From Blastocatellia bacterium (GTDB lineage Bacteria > Acidobacteriota > Blastocatellia > UBA7656 > JADIYM01): DNA of 64,000 nucleotides. Position 1 is the stretch's first letter. Each line of letters starts with the position of its first letter. The stretch is from contig JADIYM010000003.1 of NCBI GenBank assembly GCA_016705245.1, forward strand, positions 420,148 to 484,147. Reading direction: 5' to 3'. The notes under the pieces were generated by a model, which saw nothing but the letters and a program-made list of their open reading frames with translations, did no database searches and had not been told where the DNA came from. Both the position numbers and the translations under genes were made by a program. Of the stretch, positions 20,372 to 30,301 are shown piece by piece.

Positions 20372-20765
20372 GCAACGAACGGAGACCAGTGCGCGGACGG
20401 CCGCCGGGAGTCGAACCCGGAGCGCAAGCAACGGGCCAACTTCCCCGTCCGCGCATGTCCGTAAGACCAGACGCCGGACGATCAATCACGTCACGCGCTC
20501 GGAATCGCACCGTTTCCCGGCCGCAATGGCTATCCCCGGCCATTCCCACCGTCCCGTCCTTCCCGAACATCCCGACCATCGGCACATCCTCGCTCCACGA
20601 CCCCCCGGCAGGTGCCGGGGCCAGCCCTTCAGCGCGTCCAGATTCAGCCGTGTCGTCCGTGGTGTTTCGTCCGCCGCCGCAATCAACTCTTGATGTCTAC
20701 TCCCTGCCCCGTCAAACTGGAGACTCGCGAGGTCAAACGGTATAGCGATAGAGACTCTGGTCGGC

Positions 20766-21341
20766 ATGCCCAGGACAGGTGCACCTTCACAACACGATGT
20801 CACGATACTGCTCGCTCGCTGGAGCGGCGGCGACAAAGCTGCGCTCGACGAGCTCGTGCCGCTGGTGTACTCCGAGCTTCGACGTCTAGCGGCCTCGTAT
20901 CTGCGGCGCCGGTCGGGCCAGCGCCCGCTCGAGGCGACTTCGCTCGTGCACGAGGCGTACGTGCAACTCGCCGATCAGACCTCGATAACCTTCGAGAACC
21001 GGGCGCAGTTCTTCGGCCTCGCGGCAAAGCTGATGCGCGACATCCTCGTCGATCACGCGCGGCGGCGGCACGCGGCGAAACGTGGCGGCAACCAGTTGAT
21101 GTTGTCGCTAGGAGAGGCCGACCGCGTCGGAACGAAGCCTGACGTCGATCTGCTCCTCCTCGATCTTGCGCTGCAGCGACTCGCCGAGAGGGAGGCCGAC
21201 TACAGTCGCGTCATCGAGCTGCGCTTCTTCGGCGGCCTCACCATCGAAGAGACCGCGGTAGCGATGAAGCTCCCGCACGCAACCGTCGAGCGGTACTGGA
21301 ACTTTGCCAGGGCCTGGCTTCGCCGCGAGCTCGAGGCATAG
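20766..21341 (+). CDS. ECF-type RNA polymerase sigma factor, TIGR02999-like (kinase-associated subgroup)
   Basis: DVTILLARWSGGDKAALDELVPLVYSELRRLAASYL...TSLVHEAYVQL and C-terminal region-4 HTH LTIEETAVAMKLPHATVERYW; ends TAG. Confidence 0.8.
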   Translation: MPRTGAPSQHDVTILLARWSGGDKAALDELVPLVYSELRRLAASYLRRRSGQRPLEATSLVHEAYVQLADQTSITFENRAQFFGLAAKLMRDILVDHARRRHAAKRGGNQLMLSLGEADRVGTKPDVDLLLLDLALQRLAEREADYSRVIELRFFGGLTIEETAVAMKLPHATVERYWNFARAWLRRELEA

Positions 21342-21347
21342 AAACGC

Positions 21348-23181
21348 ATGATGTCTCCCTCCGACATGCGTCGTCTCGAGGAGCTGTTTCATCAAGCCGC
21401 CCAGCTCGACGGCGAAGAGAGGGCGGCGTTCGTCTCGCATGTAAAGACATCGGAACCCGAGCTCGGTCTGGAGCTGCAGGCGCTGCTCGAAGCGGACGGC
21501 CGCGAAGGAACGTTCCTGGGTGTGCCGGCCATCGAAGCGGCTCTCGAGGTAATCGAGGAAGCCGCGTCGGAGGTTCACTTTGGGTCGCACGCTCGGCCGT
21601 TACACGGTCGTCTCGCCGATCGGAAAGGGAGGCATGGGCGAGGTCTTTCTCGCCGAGGACTCGCAGTTGGGTCGCAAGGTTGCGCTCAAGCTGCTGCCGG
21701 GTCGTTTCACGGACAGCGAGGATCGTCTGCGCAGGTTCATGCAGGAGGCCAAGGCGGCCTCGGCGCTCAACCATCCGAACATCATCACGATTCACGAGAT
21801 TGGCGACGCTGACGGCACGCACTTCATTGCGACCGAGTTCATCGAGGGCCACACGCTGCGCAGCCATCTCGCCCACAGGAAACTCGCCCTCGCCGAAGCG
21901 GTCGATATCGCGATTCAGGTGACGAGCGCGATCGAGGCGGCGCACAAGGCCGGTATCGCTCACCGGGACATCAAGCCCGAGAACATCATGATAAGGCGCG
22001 ACGGCTACGCGAAGGTCCTGGATTTCGGTCTCGCGAAACTCACCGAGGCGCAACCACCCGGCGAGGCGAACGTGGATACGCACCACAGCACCGCGATCAT
22101 GAGCGGCACGAAGCCCGGGATGATCTTCGGAACGCCGAAGTACATGTCGCCCGAGCAGGCGCGCGGCCTGGTAACCGATGCTAGGACCGACATCTTCAGT
22201 CTCGGCGTCGTGATCTATGAGATGGTCACGGGTAACGCTCCGTTCTCGGGCGAAACGAGCCTGGACGTGGCGGCTGCGATCATCTCGAGCGAACCCGCTC
22301 CGCTGTCCGAGGCAGTGCCCGGAACGCCTGCGGAGCTCGAGCGCATCGTCGCCAAGGCGCTGCGCAAGGACCGCCGCGATCGCTACCAGTCGACGCACGG
22401 CCTGCTCGTGGATCTGAAGAAACTCAAGGAGGAGCTCGCCTTCGGCGAGCGGCTCGAAAGGGACGCGTCGATCCGGATTCCGGCCGGACAACCCCAAGGC
22501 AGCGAAAGGAAGAACCGTACAGGATTACTGTTGGCGCTAGTCGGCCTCCTCATCGCGCTGCCGATCGCCGTCGCCGTAGTGTGGCCATACCTGCGACCAC
22601 CGGCGCCTCCGGCCACGGAGAGCGTTGCGGCGCCAGAGCGCTTCATCAGCTACTGGATCGAGGTTCAGAAGTACCGGGACGGCAAGCCATATCTGGAGCC
22701 GATCCGTCTGCGCGACGACATCAACTTCGAAAAGGACTATCGGCTGCGGCTGAACATTGGCAGCACGCAGAGCGGCTACCTGTACCTGCTGAACGAGGGC
22801 CCGGTGCTCGACGGAGGCGTGCCCTCGTACGTCGTGATGTATCCGACGACCGCCAGCCAGCCTGCGCTGCTCGCCGCCAACCAGCAGGTTCACATACCTG
22901 AGCCGGGCTGGTTTCAGTTCGACGGACAGGAGGGCGTCGAGAAGATCTGGCTGGTCTGGGCCGATCGCGCGGTCGACGAGATCGAAGCCGTGAAGCAGTT
23001 CTCCAACGCACGAGACAAGGGACTCGTCGGCGACGCAGGTCTGCGCGCTGGAGTTGACGCCTTTCTGAAGTCCCACTCCCCTGCCGCGACTTCGGTCGAG
23101 CGGAGCGAGGCCACTGCCGAAGCAACCCTTCGCGGCCGCGGTGATATCCTCGTCCACGTCATCAGGCTCTCGCACCACTGA
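21348..23181 (+). CDS. Ser/Thr protein kinase with sigma-associated N-terminal extension, TM segment and extracellular DUF4384-like domain; apparent frameshift near 21585
   Basis: N-terminal MMSPSDMRRLEELFHQAAQLDGEERAAFVSHV... is typical of kinases paired with TIGR02999 sigma. Kinase motifs IGKGGMGEVFLAED, VALK, HRDIKPEN, DFGLAK, GTPKYMSPE lie in the +1 frame starting ~21580; the frame change falls at TTT 21581-21583. TM LLLALVGLLIALPIAVAVVWPYL; GYLYLLNEGP (DUF4384-like). Confidence 0.8.
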
Positions 23182-23250
23182 CCCTACGTCCGCCCGGACA
23201 CTCCGTGAGGGGGCTCACATCGAATCTGCGGTTCTTTCGTTGGAGTTTGT

Positions 23251-26200
23251 ATGGCAAGCAACACACGCACACTGCTTTCCCTCGTGCTCGTTCTGTGCTG
23301 CGCCCCAGACGTAATCGGCCAGTCGAGCCCGGATGCCCAATCGTTCGGTCCCGAGAAACCCGTCGAGCGCGCTATATCCGGAGCCGAATCGCATACGTAC
23401 CGAGTCGCGCTGACGGCTGGCCAGTTCGTTCTGTTCCGTCTCGACCAGAGGTCCCTCGACTGTGGCCTCGTCCTGTCGGCGCCGGACGGCAAGCAACTCG
23501 CCGAGATGGACTTCACCGGCACCGGCGAACAGGAATCGCTCGCAATCGAGGCAGTCACCACCGGCGATCATCGGCTGACTGTGCAGAGCAATCCGGCGGC
23601 ATCGTGGCTCGGCTCATACCGGCTCGAAGCGACGATCCATACGCCGGCATCGGCATCGGATCGCAAGCAGCTGGTTGCGCAAGCCTGATGTTCGAGAGCG
23701 TGGCGCTCCGAAAGTCCGGCCCGGATGCGGCGACGCAGTCGATCGGGAAGCTCGAACAGGCGCTGGCGATCTGGCGCGAGTTGCAGGAGCCGTCGTGGAT
23801 CGCAGTCACGTTGGGCGCCATCGGAGACGTACTCTACGGCACCGGTCCGGACAAGGCGCTCGAGTACTACGAGCAGGCATTGGCATCTGCACGCGAGTCC
23901 AGATTGCGGGCACGCGAAGCCGCCGCGCTGAGTGCGCTGAGTGGGTTCTGCTACGGCACGCGCGAGTATGAAAAGTCGATCGAATACAGCGAACAGGCCC
24001 TGGTAATCCAGCGCGAACTGAATGATCGGGCTGGCGAGGGCATCACGCTCAACGACCTGGGCATAACGTACAACACGATGCGTCGCGCCGACCGGGCCAT
24101 CCCTTATTACGAGCAGGCGCTGGCGATCAAGCGAGAGCTGAAGGACCGATCCGGAGAAGGAGGCACGCTCGCCGATGTCGGTTGGTCATACCTTGGCGCG
24201 AGCCGGTCGCAGGAGGCGATCGCGAGTTTCGAACAGGCGCTTGCGATCTTCCGCGAACTGAATGACCGGAGCCGCCAGGAAAGCGCCTTGAGCGGCCTTG
24301 GTGTCACAAGTCAGTCGCTGAGCCGGTTCGAGAAGGCCATTGAGTACTTCGAGCAGGCCCTAGTGGTCCATCGCGAACTGAAATCTCGGAGCAAAGAGGC
24401 CGTCACGCTCGCCAGTATTGCGAATGCGTATTCCGCGCTGCGCCGCTACGACAAGTATTTCGAATATGCCGAGCAGGCGCTCGCCATCGCTCGCGAGACC
24501 AAGACCCGTTACGCGGAAGGTCGAACGCTCAGCGACATGGGCGGGGTCTATCTCACGATTGGCCGCTTCGACAAGGCAACCGAGCACCTTGAGCAGGCAC
24601 TGGTCATCAATCGCGAACAGAAGGACGTGATGGTGGAAGGCTTCACGCTCCGCTCGCTCGGAACGGTCTTCAACAAACAAGGCCAGCCGGCGAAGGCCCT
24701 CGAGCAATACGAGCAGGCCCTGGCCATCTTCCGTGCCGCGAAATCCCGGCCGCACGAGGGCGGCACGCTGAACATGCTGGCGCAGGTCAACCGGTCGCAA
24801 CGCCAGTTCGAGAAGGCGATCGAGAACTCGGAACAGTCGCTGGCAATTGCCCGTGAGGTGAAGAATCCAGAGTACGAGTTGAATGCCCTCACGACTCTGG
24901 CCTGGACCGAGAATGACCGTGGGAATCTTGCGGCGGCGCGCTCGCGCATCGAGGAAGGGTTGAACGTCGCCGAGTCGCTTCGGTCCGATCTCGTGAGCCC
25001 GGCTTCGCGCACGTCGCTACTGGCTTCCGTGCAGACTTCCTACCAGCTCTACACGGACATCCTGATGCGCCAGCACAAGGCGGATCCGTCGAAGCGACTC
25101 GACGAACTGGCGGTCGACGTCAGTGAGCGGCAGCGCGCCCGCAGCCTCCTCGATCTTCTCGTGGAGGCCGGCGCCGATTTCCGCAAGGGAGTGGATCCGG
25201 TGCTGCTCGAACGCGAGCAGAGCCTGGCCAGACAACTCAGCGAGAAGGCGCGTACGCCAACTGACACGCCCGAGAAAGCTGCCAGAGTGAAGCTCGAAAT
25301 CGGCCAGCTCGAGACCGAGCTCGAACGGGCACAGGTCGCGATCCGCAAGAACAACCCGCACTATGCGTCGCTCGTTCAGCCACAGCCGCTCAAACTGAGG
25401 GAAATCCAGGCGCTGCTCGATCCGGACACGCTGCTGCTCGAGTACGCGCTTGGGACGGACCGCAGCTACCTTTGGGCGATCACCAGGGATTCTCTCAAGA
25501 GCTACGAGTTGCCAAAGGGAGCGGATATCGAGAAGAGTGCGCTCGCCGTCTACGGATTGCTGAAGACGCGCAATGCCGATATCTCGACAGCTGCCAGCGC
25601 GCTCGCCCAGATGGTGCTCGCGCCGGTCGCGGCTGACCTCGGGACCAGGCGCGTGGTCGTGGTGGCCGACGGCGCGCTGCAATACATTCCGTTTGCGGTA
25701 TTGCCGGCTCCGGCCGTTGCGGATGGGCGTCCGCTCATCGTGGATCACGAGGTCGTGAGCCTTCCGTCGGCATCGGCGCTGGCAGTCCAGCGTGCGGAGC
25801 TTGCGGGCCGGCAGCCGGCTCCGAAGCTTCTGGCGGTCATCGCCGATCCTGTGTTCGATGCCACGGATACACGGGTGAAGGCGGTTGCGCGAAAGCCTGC
25901 GGAGAAGGACGACGTGCAGGTGATCGCGGCGAACGACGCGCGAACGATCGAGCACCTCGCCGAGAACTCGAAGGCCGGCGCCGTGACGAAGCGTGTCGTG
26001 ATCCCGCGGCTTCCCTTCACCCGGCAGGAAGCCACGCGGCTGATCGCGCTTGCGCCGCCGAATTCGAGTCTCGGTGCGGTCGATTTCAATGCGAGTCGCG
26101 AGGCGGTGCTCGGCGGTGATCTTTCCCAGTATCGGTACGTGCACTTTGCGACGCACGGACTGCTGGACAGCGAGCGACCGGGTCTGTCGTCGCTCGTGCT

Positions 26201-26579
26201 GTCCATGGTGGATGCGGATGGCAACCCCAAGGACGGGTTCCTTCGCGCGAACGACATCTACAGCCTGAAGCTGCCTGCGGACCTCGTGGTGCTGAGTGCG
26301 TGCCAGACGGGGCTCGGCAAGGACGTGAAGGGTGAGGGGCTCATCGGATTGACGCGCGGCTTCATGTATGCGGGCGCGGCCCGGGTTGTCGTCAGCCTAT
26401 GGAACGTGAACGACAGAGCGACGGCCGAATTGATGACGAGGTTCTACGAAAGGATGCTGAAGCGGGGCGAGCGGCCAGCGGCTGCGTTACGCGCGGCGCA
26501 GGTGGAGATGTGGAAGCAGAAGCAGTGGCGATCGCCCTATTACTGGGGCGCGTTCGTGCTGCAAGGAGAATGGCGTTAG
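23251..26579 (+). CDS. secreted TPR-repeat CHAT-domain (caspase-like) protein with N-terminal signal peptide and PPC-like domain; apparent frameshift near 23670-23688
   Basis: Signal peptide MASNTRTLLSLVLVLCCAP. More than 10 TPR units of the EQALAI(F/W)RELxDRxGE type. C-terminal CHAT dyad HFATHG and LVVLSACQTG. N-terminal domain is in the +1 frame, ending in TGA at 23686-23688. Confidence 0.8.
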
Positions 26580-26654
26580 CGTGAGTGGATCCGGCGGCGG
26601 GTTGCGGTTTCCTTTATGAAAGAGAAGGCCATCTCGGAAAGGGAGGATGGTGTC

Positions 26655-27572
26655 GTGAGGAAATGGATCTGTCTGTTTGCCGTCGGTCTCTTCATCCACC
26701 TGTCGGTGGCTCAGGCTGTCGCGCAGGATCCCGCGGGGCCAGATGATGGAACGCGGCACCTGTGGAACACTGCGTACATCGCCCCCGCACCCGGCACGAC
26801 CGCGAGAAGGCGCCCCGCGAGGCGAATCTACCGGATTGCTACGCCGAAGGTGCCAGTGGCTGGCGTGACTGCGGACACGGTGGTCGGCGTGACGCTATGG
26901 AGGCTGCGACCGGCGCGCCGGTCCGACGCCGGCGAGCGGATCATCACGCACGAAGGCCCGGATGCTGTCGATTGGGTGCCGGAGCGCGTGTCGTCGACGA
27001 CGCGGCTTGCGCAAGGCGATCGCCTGCGGATCAGCATCGAGGCGGCCCGGACCGGCTACCTCTACGTTGTCAATCGCGAGGAATATGCCAACGGCACACG
27101 CGGCGAGCCGATCCTGATCTTTCCGACGACGCGCACACGCGGAGGCGACAACCAGGTCCGCGTGGGCCGCGTGATCGAGATTCCTGCGCAGGAAGACTCG
27201 CCTCCGTTCTTCACATTGCAAAAGAGCCAGCCCGAGCACGTGGCGGAGAGTGTGACGATCATTGTGTCACCGACGCCGATCGAGGGGTTGAACATTACGG
27301 ACAAGCAGCTGCGGTTGACGGAGGAGCAGGTCGCGGCGTGGGACAAGCAGTGGGGCGGTCAGGCTGGCCGTCTGGAGATGCAGGGTGGTGCCGGCAAGCC
27401 CTGGACGAGCGCGGAGAAGGACGCTGGCTCGGACGGTACGCGATCGCTGACGAAGGCTGATCCGGTCCCGCAGACGGTGTTATACCGCCCCGGCGTCGCG
27501 AGCGACCGCGGCGCGTTGTACCAAGTGAAACTGAACTACGCCCGCCGTTCGCCACGGAACAGGGCGCGGTAG
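26655..27572 (+). CDS. secreted DUF4384-like protein
   Basis: GTG start with GGGAGGA upstream; signal peptide RKWICLFAVGLFIHLSVAQAVAQ; RTGYLYVVNREEY motif resembling the kinase ectodomain GYLYLLNEGP; ends TAG. Confidence 0.65.
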   Translation: MRKWICLFAVGLFIHLSVAQAVAQDPAGPDDGTRHLWNTAYIAPAPGTTARRRPARRIYRIATPKVPVAGVTADTVVGVTLWRLRPARRSDAGERIITHEGPDAVDWVPERVSSTTRLAQGDRLRISIEAARTGYLYVVNREEYANGTRGEPILIFPTTRTRGGDNQVRVGRVIEIPAQEDSPPFFTLQKSQPEHVAESVTIIVSPTPIEGLNITDKQLRLTEEQVAAWDKQWGGQAGRLEMQGGAGKPWTSAEKDAGSDGTRSLTKADPVPQTVLYRPGVASDRGALYQVKLNYARRSPRNRAR

Positions 27573-27610
27573 CGCCCGGCCGCGCACACACGCGACTGTA
27601 GAGCGGCAGA

Positions 27611-27985
27611 TTCCGCGACCGCGGACCGGTCAGTTCCGCGACCGCGGACCGGTCAATTCCGCGACCGCGGACCGGTCAACTCCGCGACCGCGGACCGGTC
27701 AACTCCGCGACCGCGGACCGGTCAACTCCGCGACCGCGGACCGGTCAACTCCGCGACCGCGGACCGGTCAACTCCGCGACCGCGGACCGGTCAACTCCGC
27801 GACCGCGGACCGGTCGATTCCGCGACCGCGGACCGGTCGATTCCGCGACTGCGGACCGGTCAACCTGGGCGACCGCGGAGCGGTCGATGAAGAAGCCTGG
27901 GTCGCGCGCGGGCGAGTGCAGCGAGCCCTCGCGTGACCCGCGGAACCGCCGGCCGCCACGCACCGACCGCGGAGCGGTCGCATCT
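27611..27985 (+). repeat. Tandem array of a 23-bp REP-like unit (about 12 good copies, then degenerate copies)
   Basis: Period 23 (starts at 27611, 27634, 27657, ...); unit contains the palindromes CCGCGG and GACCGGTC; no unique spacers, so not CRISPR. Confidence 0.85.
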
Positions 27986-28262
27986 TCAGTCCCAAAGATA
28001 ACGTGCGTCGCAGGCGACACCGTGCTCGTCGAGTAGTGAGACGAACTCCTCGTCGTAGGACACGCGCCGGTGGTGCTCCTTCTGTGCCGCGATGTAACGG
28101 CGCACGGCGGGCAATTCCGATCTTCCCACGGAGAACCCTCCGTATCCGTCCTGCCAGCTGAAGTCCCTCGAGACCGCCTCGTGGCGTTTCAGCCACGTCG
28201 TTCGCTCGATGCTTCGTCGGGAACACGATGTGCAGGTAGACCTCGATCAGTGTCCGTGCCAT
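27986..28262 (-). pseudogene. REP-associated tyrosine transposase (RAYT, IS200/IS605 TnpA-like) remnant, internally deleted and frameshifted
   Basis: N-terminus MARTLIEVYLHIVFPTKHR in one frame. C-terminus RDFSWQDGYGGFSVGRSELPAVRRYIAAQKEHHRRVSYDEEFVSLLDEHGVACDARYLWD in another. Only ~91 codons total versus ~150-170 for intact RAYTs. Confidence 0.7.
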
Positions 28263-28299
28263 GGGCCTTGCTCTCTTGGCCCATGATCGAAATCCGCAC

Positions 28300-28510
28300 G
28301 GCCTGAGTTGCTTCCCACTCGCAACAAGGCGACCGCCCGGCGGTCGCGCGTGGCTGGCGGCATGCGGGTCGCGCGCAGGCTCGCTGCACTCGCCCCCGCG
28401 CGACCCACGGCTATTTCATCGACCGCTCCGCGGTCGCGGAATTAACGCTCCACGATCGTGGAATTAACGCTCCGCGGTCGCGAATTACCGCTCCGCGGTC
28501 GCGGAATTCA
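28300..28510 (-). repeat. Right inverted terminal segment of the RAYT element plus 3-4 inverted copies of the 23-bp REP unit
   Basis: Reverse complement of 28300-28425 aligns with 27870-27985 (GGTCGATGAA...GGGTCGCGCG...GCGAGTGCAGCGAGCC...). Units GACCGCTCCGCGGTCGCGGAATT at 28421, 28466 and 28487. Confidence 0.7.
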
Positions 28511-28517
28511 CGCTCCG

Positions 28518-28580
28518 CTGTGTGCTTTGTGACTCCGTGCTCTCTGTGCGGCTACGCCTTCGTGCGGTCCCTAGCTACCG
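28518..28580. repeat. Family-B repeat copy B2 (half-palindrome plus shared flank, direct-repeat partner of B1 flank)
   Basis: TGTGTGCTTTGTGACTCCGTGCTCTCTGTGCGGCTACGCCTTCGTGCGGTCCCTAGCTACCGG vs 19690-19757. Confidence 0.7.
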
Positions 28581-28582
28581 GG

Positions 28583-29365
28583 TCAGCCGCACGCAGCCAT
28601 TCTCACGTCGATCAGGAATCGGTCGATCTCGGCGATATTGGGCGCCGCGTCCGGCAACGACGATCGCTCGTATGCACGCAGCATCTCGGCTTCCAGCATC
28701 GAGATCTTCTGGGCGTGTCGCTCGACTTCGTCACGCCCCATGGTCGTGCCATCGCCGGATCGCTTTCGCTCAATGAGGTCGGCAATCCCATCGACGTTGC
28801 GATCCGCGGCGAGCCGGGTCACGTTGCACTCCACCTCTCCAGTCGACATCAAGTGGATTCCCGTCAGAAGCACGCGATAGACATAGAGCAGCGTCTTTAC
28901 CCGCTTCGGCTCCTCGGACGTGAACGCCTTCCATCGTCCGCGGACGAAGCCACGATAGTGATGATAAAGCGTCCGGTTCACGAATCCGTGAGCGAGCGAG
29001 CGGAGTTGCTCGAACTCGGGCCGGGCGACGACGACGTGCGGTGACGTGATCTGTTCGAGGACGTAGCCGTTTTTTGCCACGAGCAACCGCAGGTACTTGC
29101 CGATGTCGTGCGAAAGCAGGTCGATCCGCATGCCGTCGACCGTATCGTCACGGTCGTGCGACTCGCGCGGCGGACGAAGCGAGATTACGGACTCGAGAGG
29201 AAGAACGTGGGCCCCCCGAATGTCCACGTCGCTCTCCGACGACGGAAATCCATAGAGGTGCGCGCCGCTGACTACGGCAAACAATGGAAGTGCTGGGCCG
29301 AGATCCGAGACGAGAGACGCCAGCCACGGAGCGTCTAGTGCGGCCGCATTCCTGCTCATTGACAA
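28583..29365 (-). CDS. nucleotidyltransferase-fold protein (GS...DxD NTase motif; DUF4037/KNTase-like)
   Basis: VVSGAHLYGFPSSESDVDIRGAHV matches the pol-beta-type NTase signature hG[GS]x9-13DxD; 260 aa; flanked on both sides by family-B repeats. Confidence 0.55.
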   Translation of the reverse strand: MSMSRNAAALDAPWLASLVSDLGPALPLFAVVSGAHLYGFPSSESDVDIRGAHVLPLESVISLRPPRESHDRDDTVDGMRIDLLSHDIGKYLRLLVAKNGYVLEQITSPHVVVARPEFEQLRSLAHGFVNRTLYHHYRGFVRGRWKAFTSEEPKRVKTLLYVYRVLLTGIHLMSTGEVECNVTRLAADRNVDGIADLIERKRSGDGTTMGRDEVERHAQKISMLEAEMLRAYERSSLPDAAPNIAEIDRFLIDVRMAACG

Positions 29366-29505
29366 CTCCAGCCCATGGCGTCGACCACGCCGTTCGGCGC
29401 CAGGGCACGGAAAATTCGGTTTACGTTCTGGAGAGCGGCATGAGCATACGCCTGGGGGAGTGGCCGCTCAAGCTCGCAGGATTGCGAGACGACTCGCCTC
29501 CGCGG

Positions 29506-29585
29506 CTCCGTGACTCCGTGTCTCTGTGTGCGCAGCTCTTCAGAGCGCTTCGCACACAGAGACACGGAGTCACGGAGTCACGGAG
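29506..29585. repeat. Family-B palindromic repeat copy B3
   Basis: CTCCGTGACTCCGTGTCTCTGTGTGCG ... CGCACACAGAGACACGGAGTCACGGAGTCACGGAG. Confidence 0.8.
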
Positions 29586-29593
29586 AGGACCCC

Positions 29594-30301
29594 TTATGAC
29601 GCCTTCGCCAGCTCCGCCAGGGCCGCCGCAAGCGACGTGAAGATACCTCGACCGTCCGCGGAGCCCAGTGCATCCTCGCTCGCTCTCTCGGGGTGCGGCA
29701 TCATGCCGAGCACGTTGCCGCGGTCGTTGATGATTCCGGCGATGTTGTTACGCGAGCCGTTCGGGTTTGAGTCCGGCGTTGGCTCGCCCTTCGCATCGAC
29801 GTACCGGAACAGCACCTGTCCCTCGCCCTCGAGCCTCTCGAGCGTCTCGTCGTCGCAAAAGTAGTTCCCGTCGCCGTGCGCGATCGGAATCGACAGCACC
29901 TGGCCCTTCTCGTAGTCGCGCGTGAACATCGTGTCGGACCGTTCGACACGCAGGTTCACATGCCGGCATGCAAATGCGAGGCTTGCATTGCGCAGCAGCG
30001 CGCCCGGCAGCAAACCCGACTCGCAGAGGATCTGAAATCCGTTGCAGATCCCGAGCACGATTCCGCCGTGATCCGCGAACTTCACGACCGAGCGCATTAT
30101 CGGTGAAAGACTCGCGATAGCCCCCGTGCGCAGGTAGTCGCCGTACGAGAACCCGCCCGGCAGGACGATGCAGTCGTACCCGTCGAGATCCGAATCGCGG
30201 TGCCAGATGAAGTCGACCGGCTGGCCAATCACCTTGCTGATGACGTGGTAGGCATCGTGGTCGCAGTTCGACCCCGGAAAGACGACGACTCCGAACTTCA
30301 T
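29594..30301 (-). CDS. purQ: phosphoribosylformylglycinamidine synthase subunit I (glutaminase)
   Basis: [14 protein letters not shown]...GICNGFQIL...HPER motifs of PurQ/class-I GATase. Confidence 0.9.
   Translation of the reverse strand: MKFGVVVFPGSNCDHDAYHVISKVIGQPVDFIWHRDSDLDGYDCIVLPGGFSYGDYLRTGAIASLSPIMRSVVKFADHGGIVLGICNGFQILCESGLLPGALLRNASLAFACRHVNLRVERSDTMFTRDYEKGQVLSIPIAHGDGNYFCDDETLERLEGEGQVLFRYVDAKGEPTPDSNPNGSRNNIAGIINDRGNVLGMMPHPERASEDALGSADGRGIFTSLAAALAELAKAS

Larger units (their letters stand above)
27611..28510. mobile_element. REPtron-like element: truncated RAYT (IS200-like Y1 transposase) flanked by ~100-bp inverted terminal segments and inverted arrays of a 23-bp REP unit
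   Basis: Direct array of ~12 units NTCCGCGACCGCGGACCGGTCAN at 27611-27875; degenerate units to 27985; RAYT remnant 27986-28262; reverse-complement units CCGCGGTCGCGGAATT at 28421-28510; 27870-27985 matches the reverse complement of 28300-28425. Confidence 0.7.

Noticed and set aside
20398-20470. tRNA-like segment on the minus strand (perfect T-arm CCGGGTTCGACTCCCGG flanked by a 7-bp GCGCGGA/TCCGCGC acceptor-like pairing)
   Set aside because: No anticodon arm of proper length and 6 extra nt between the T-arm and the acceptor strand. It cannot fold into a cloverleaf. More likely a GC-rich hairpin, or at most a tRNA fragment.
27611-27875. Possible CRISPR array (regular 23-bp repeats)
   Set aside because: Units are directly abutting with no unique spacers, the period equals the repeat length, and the array is mirrored by inverted copies around a transposase remnant. 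This is a REP array, not CRISPR.
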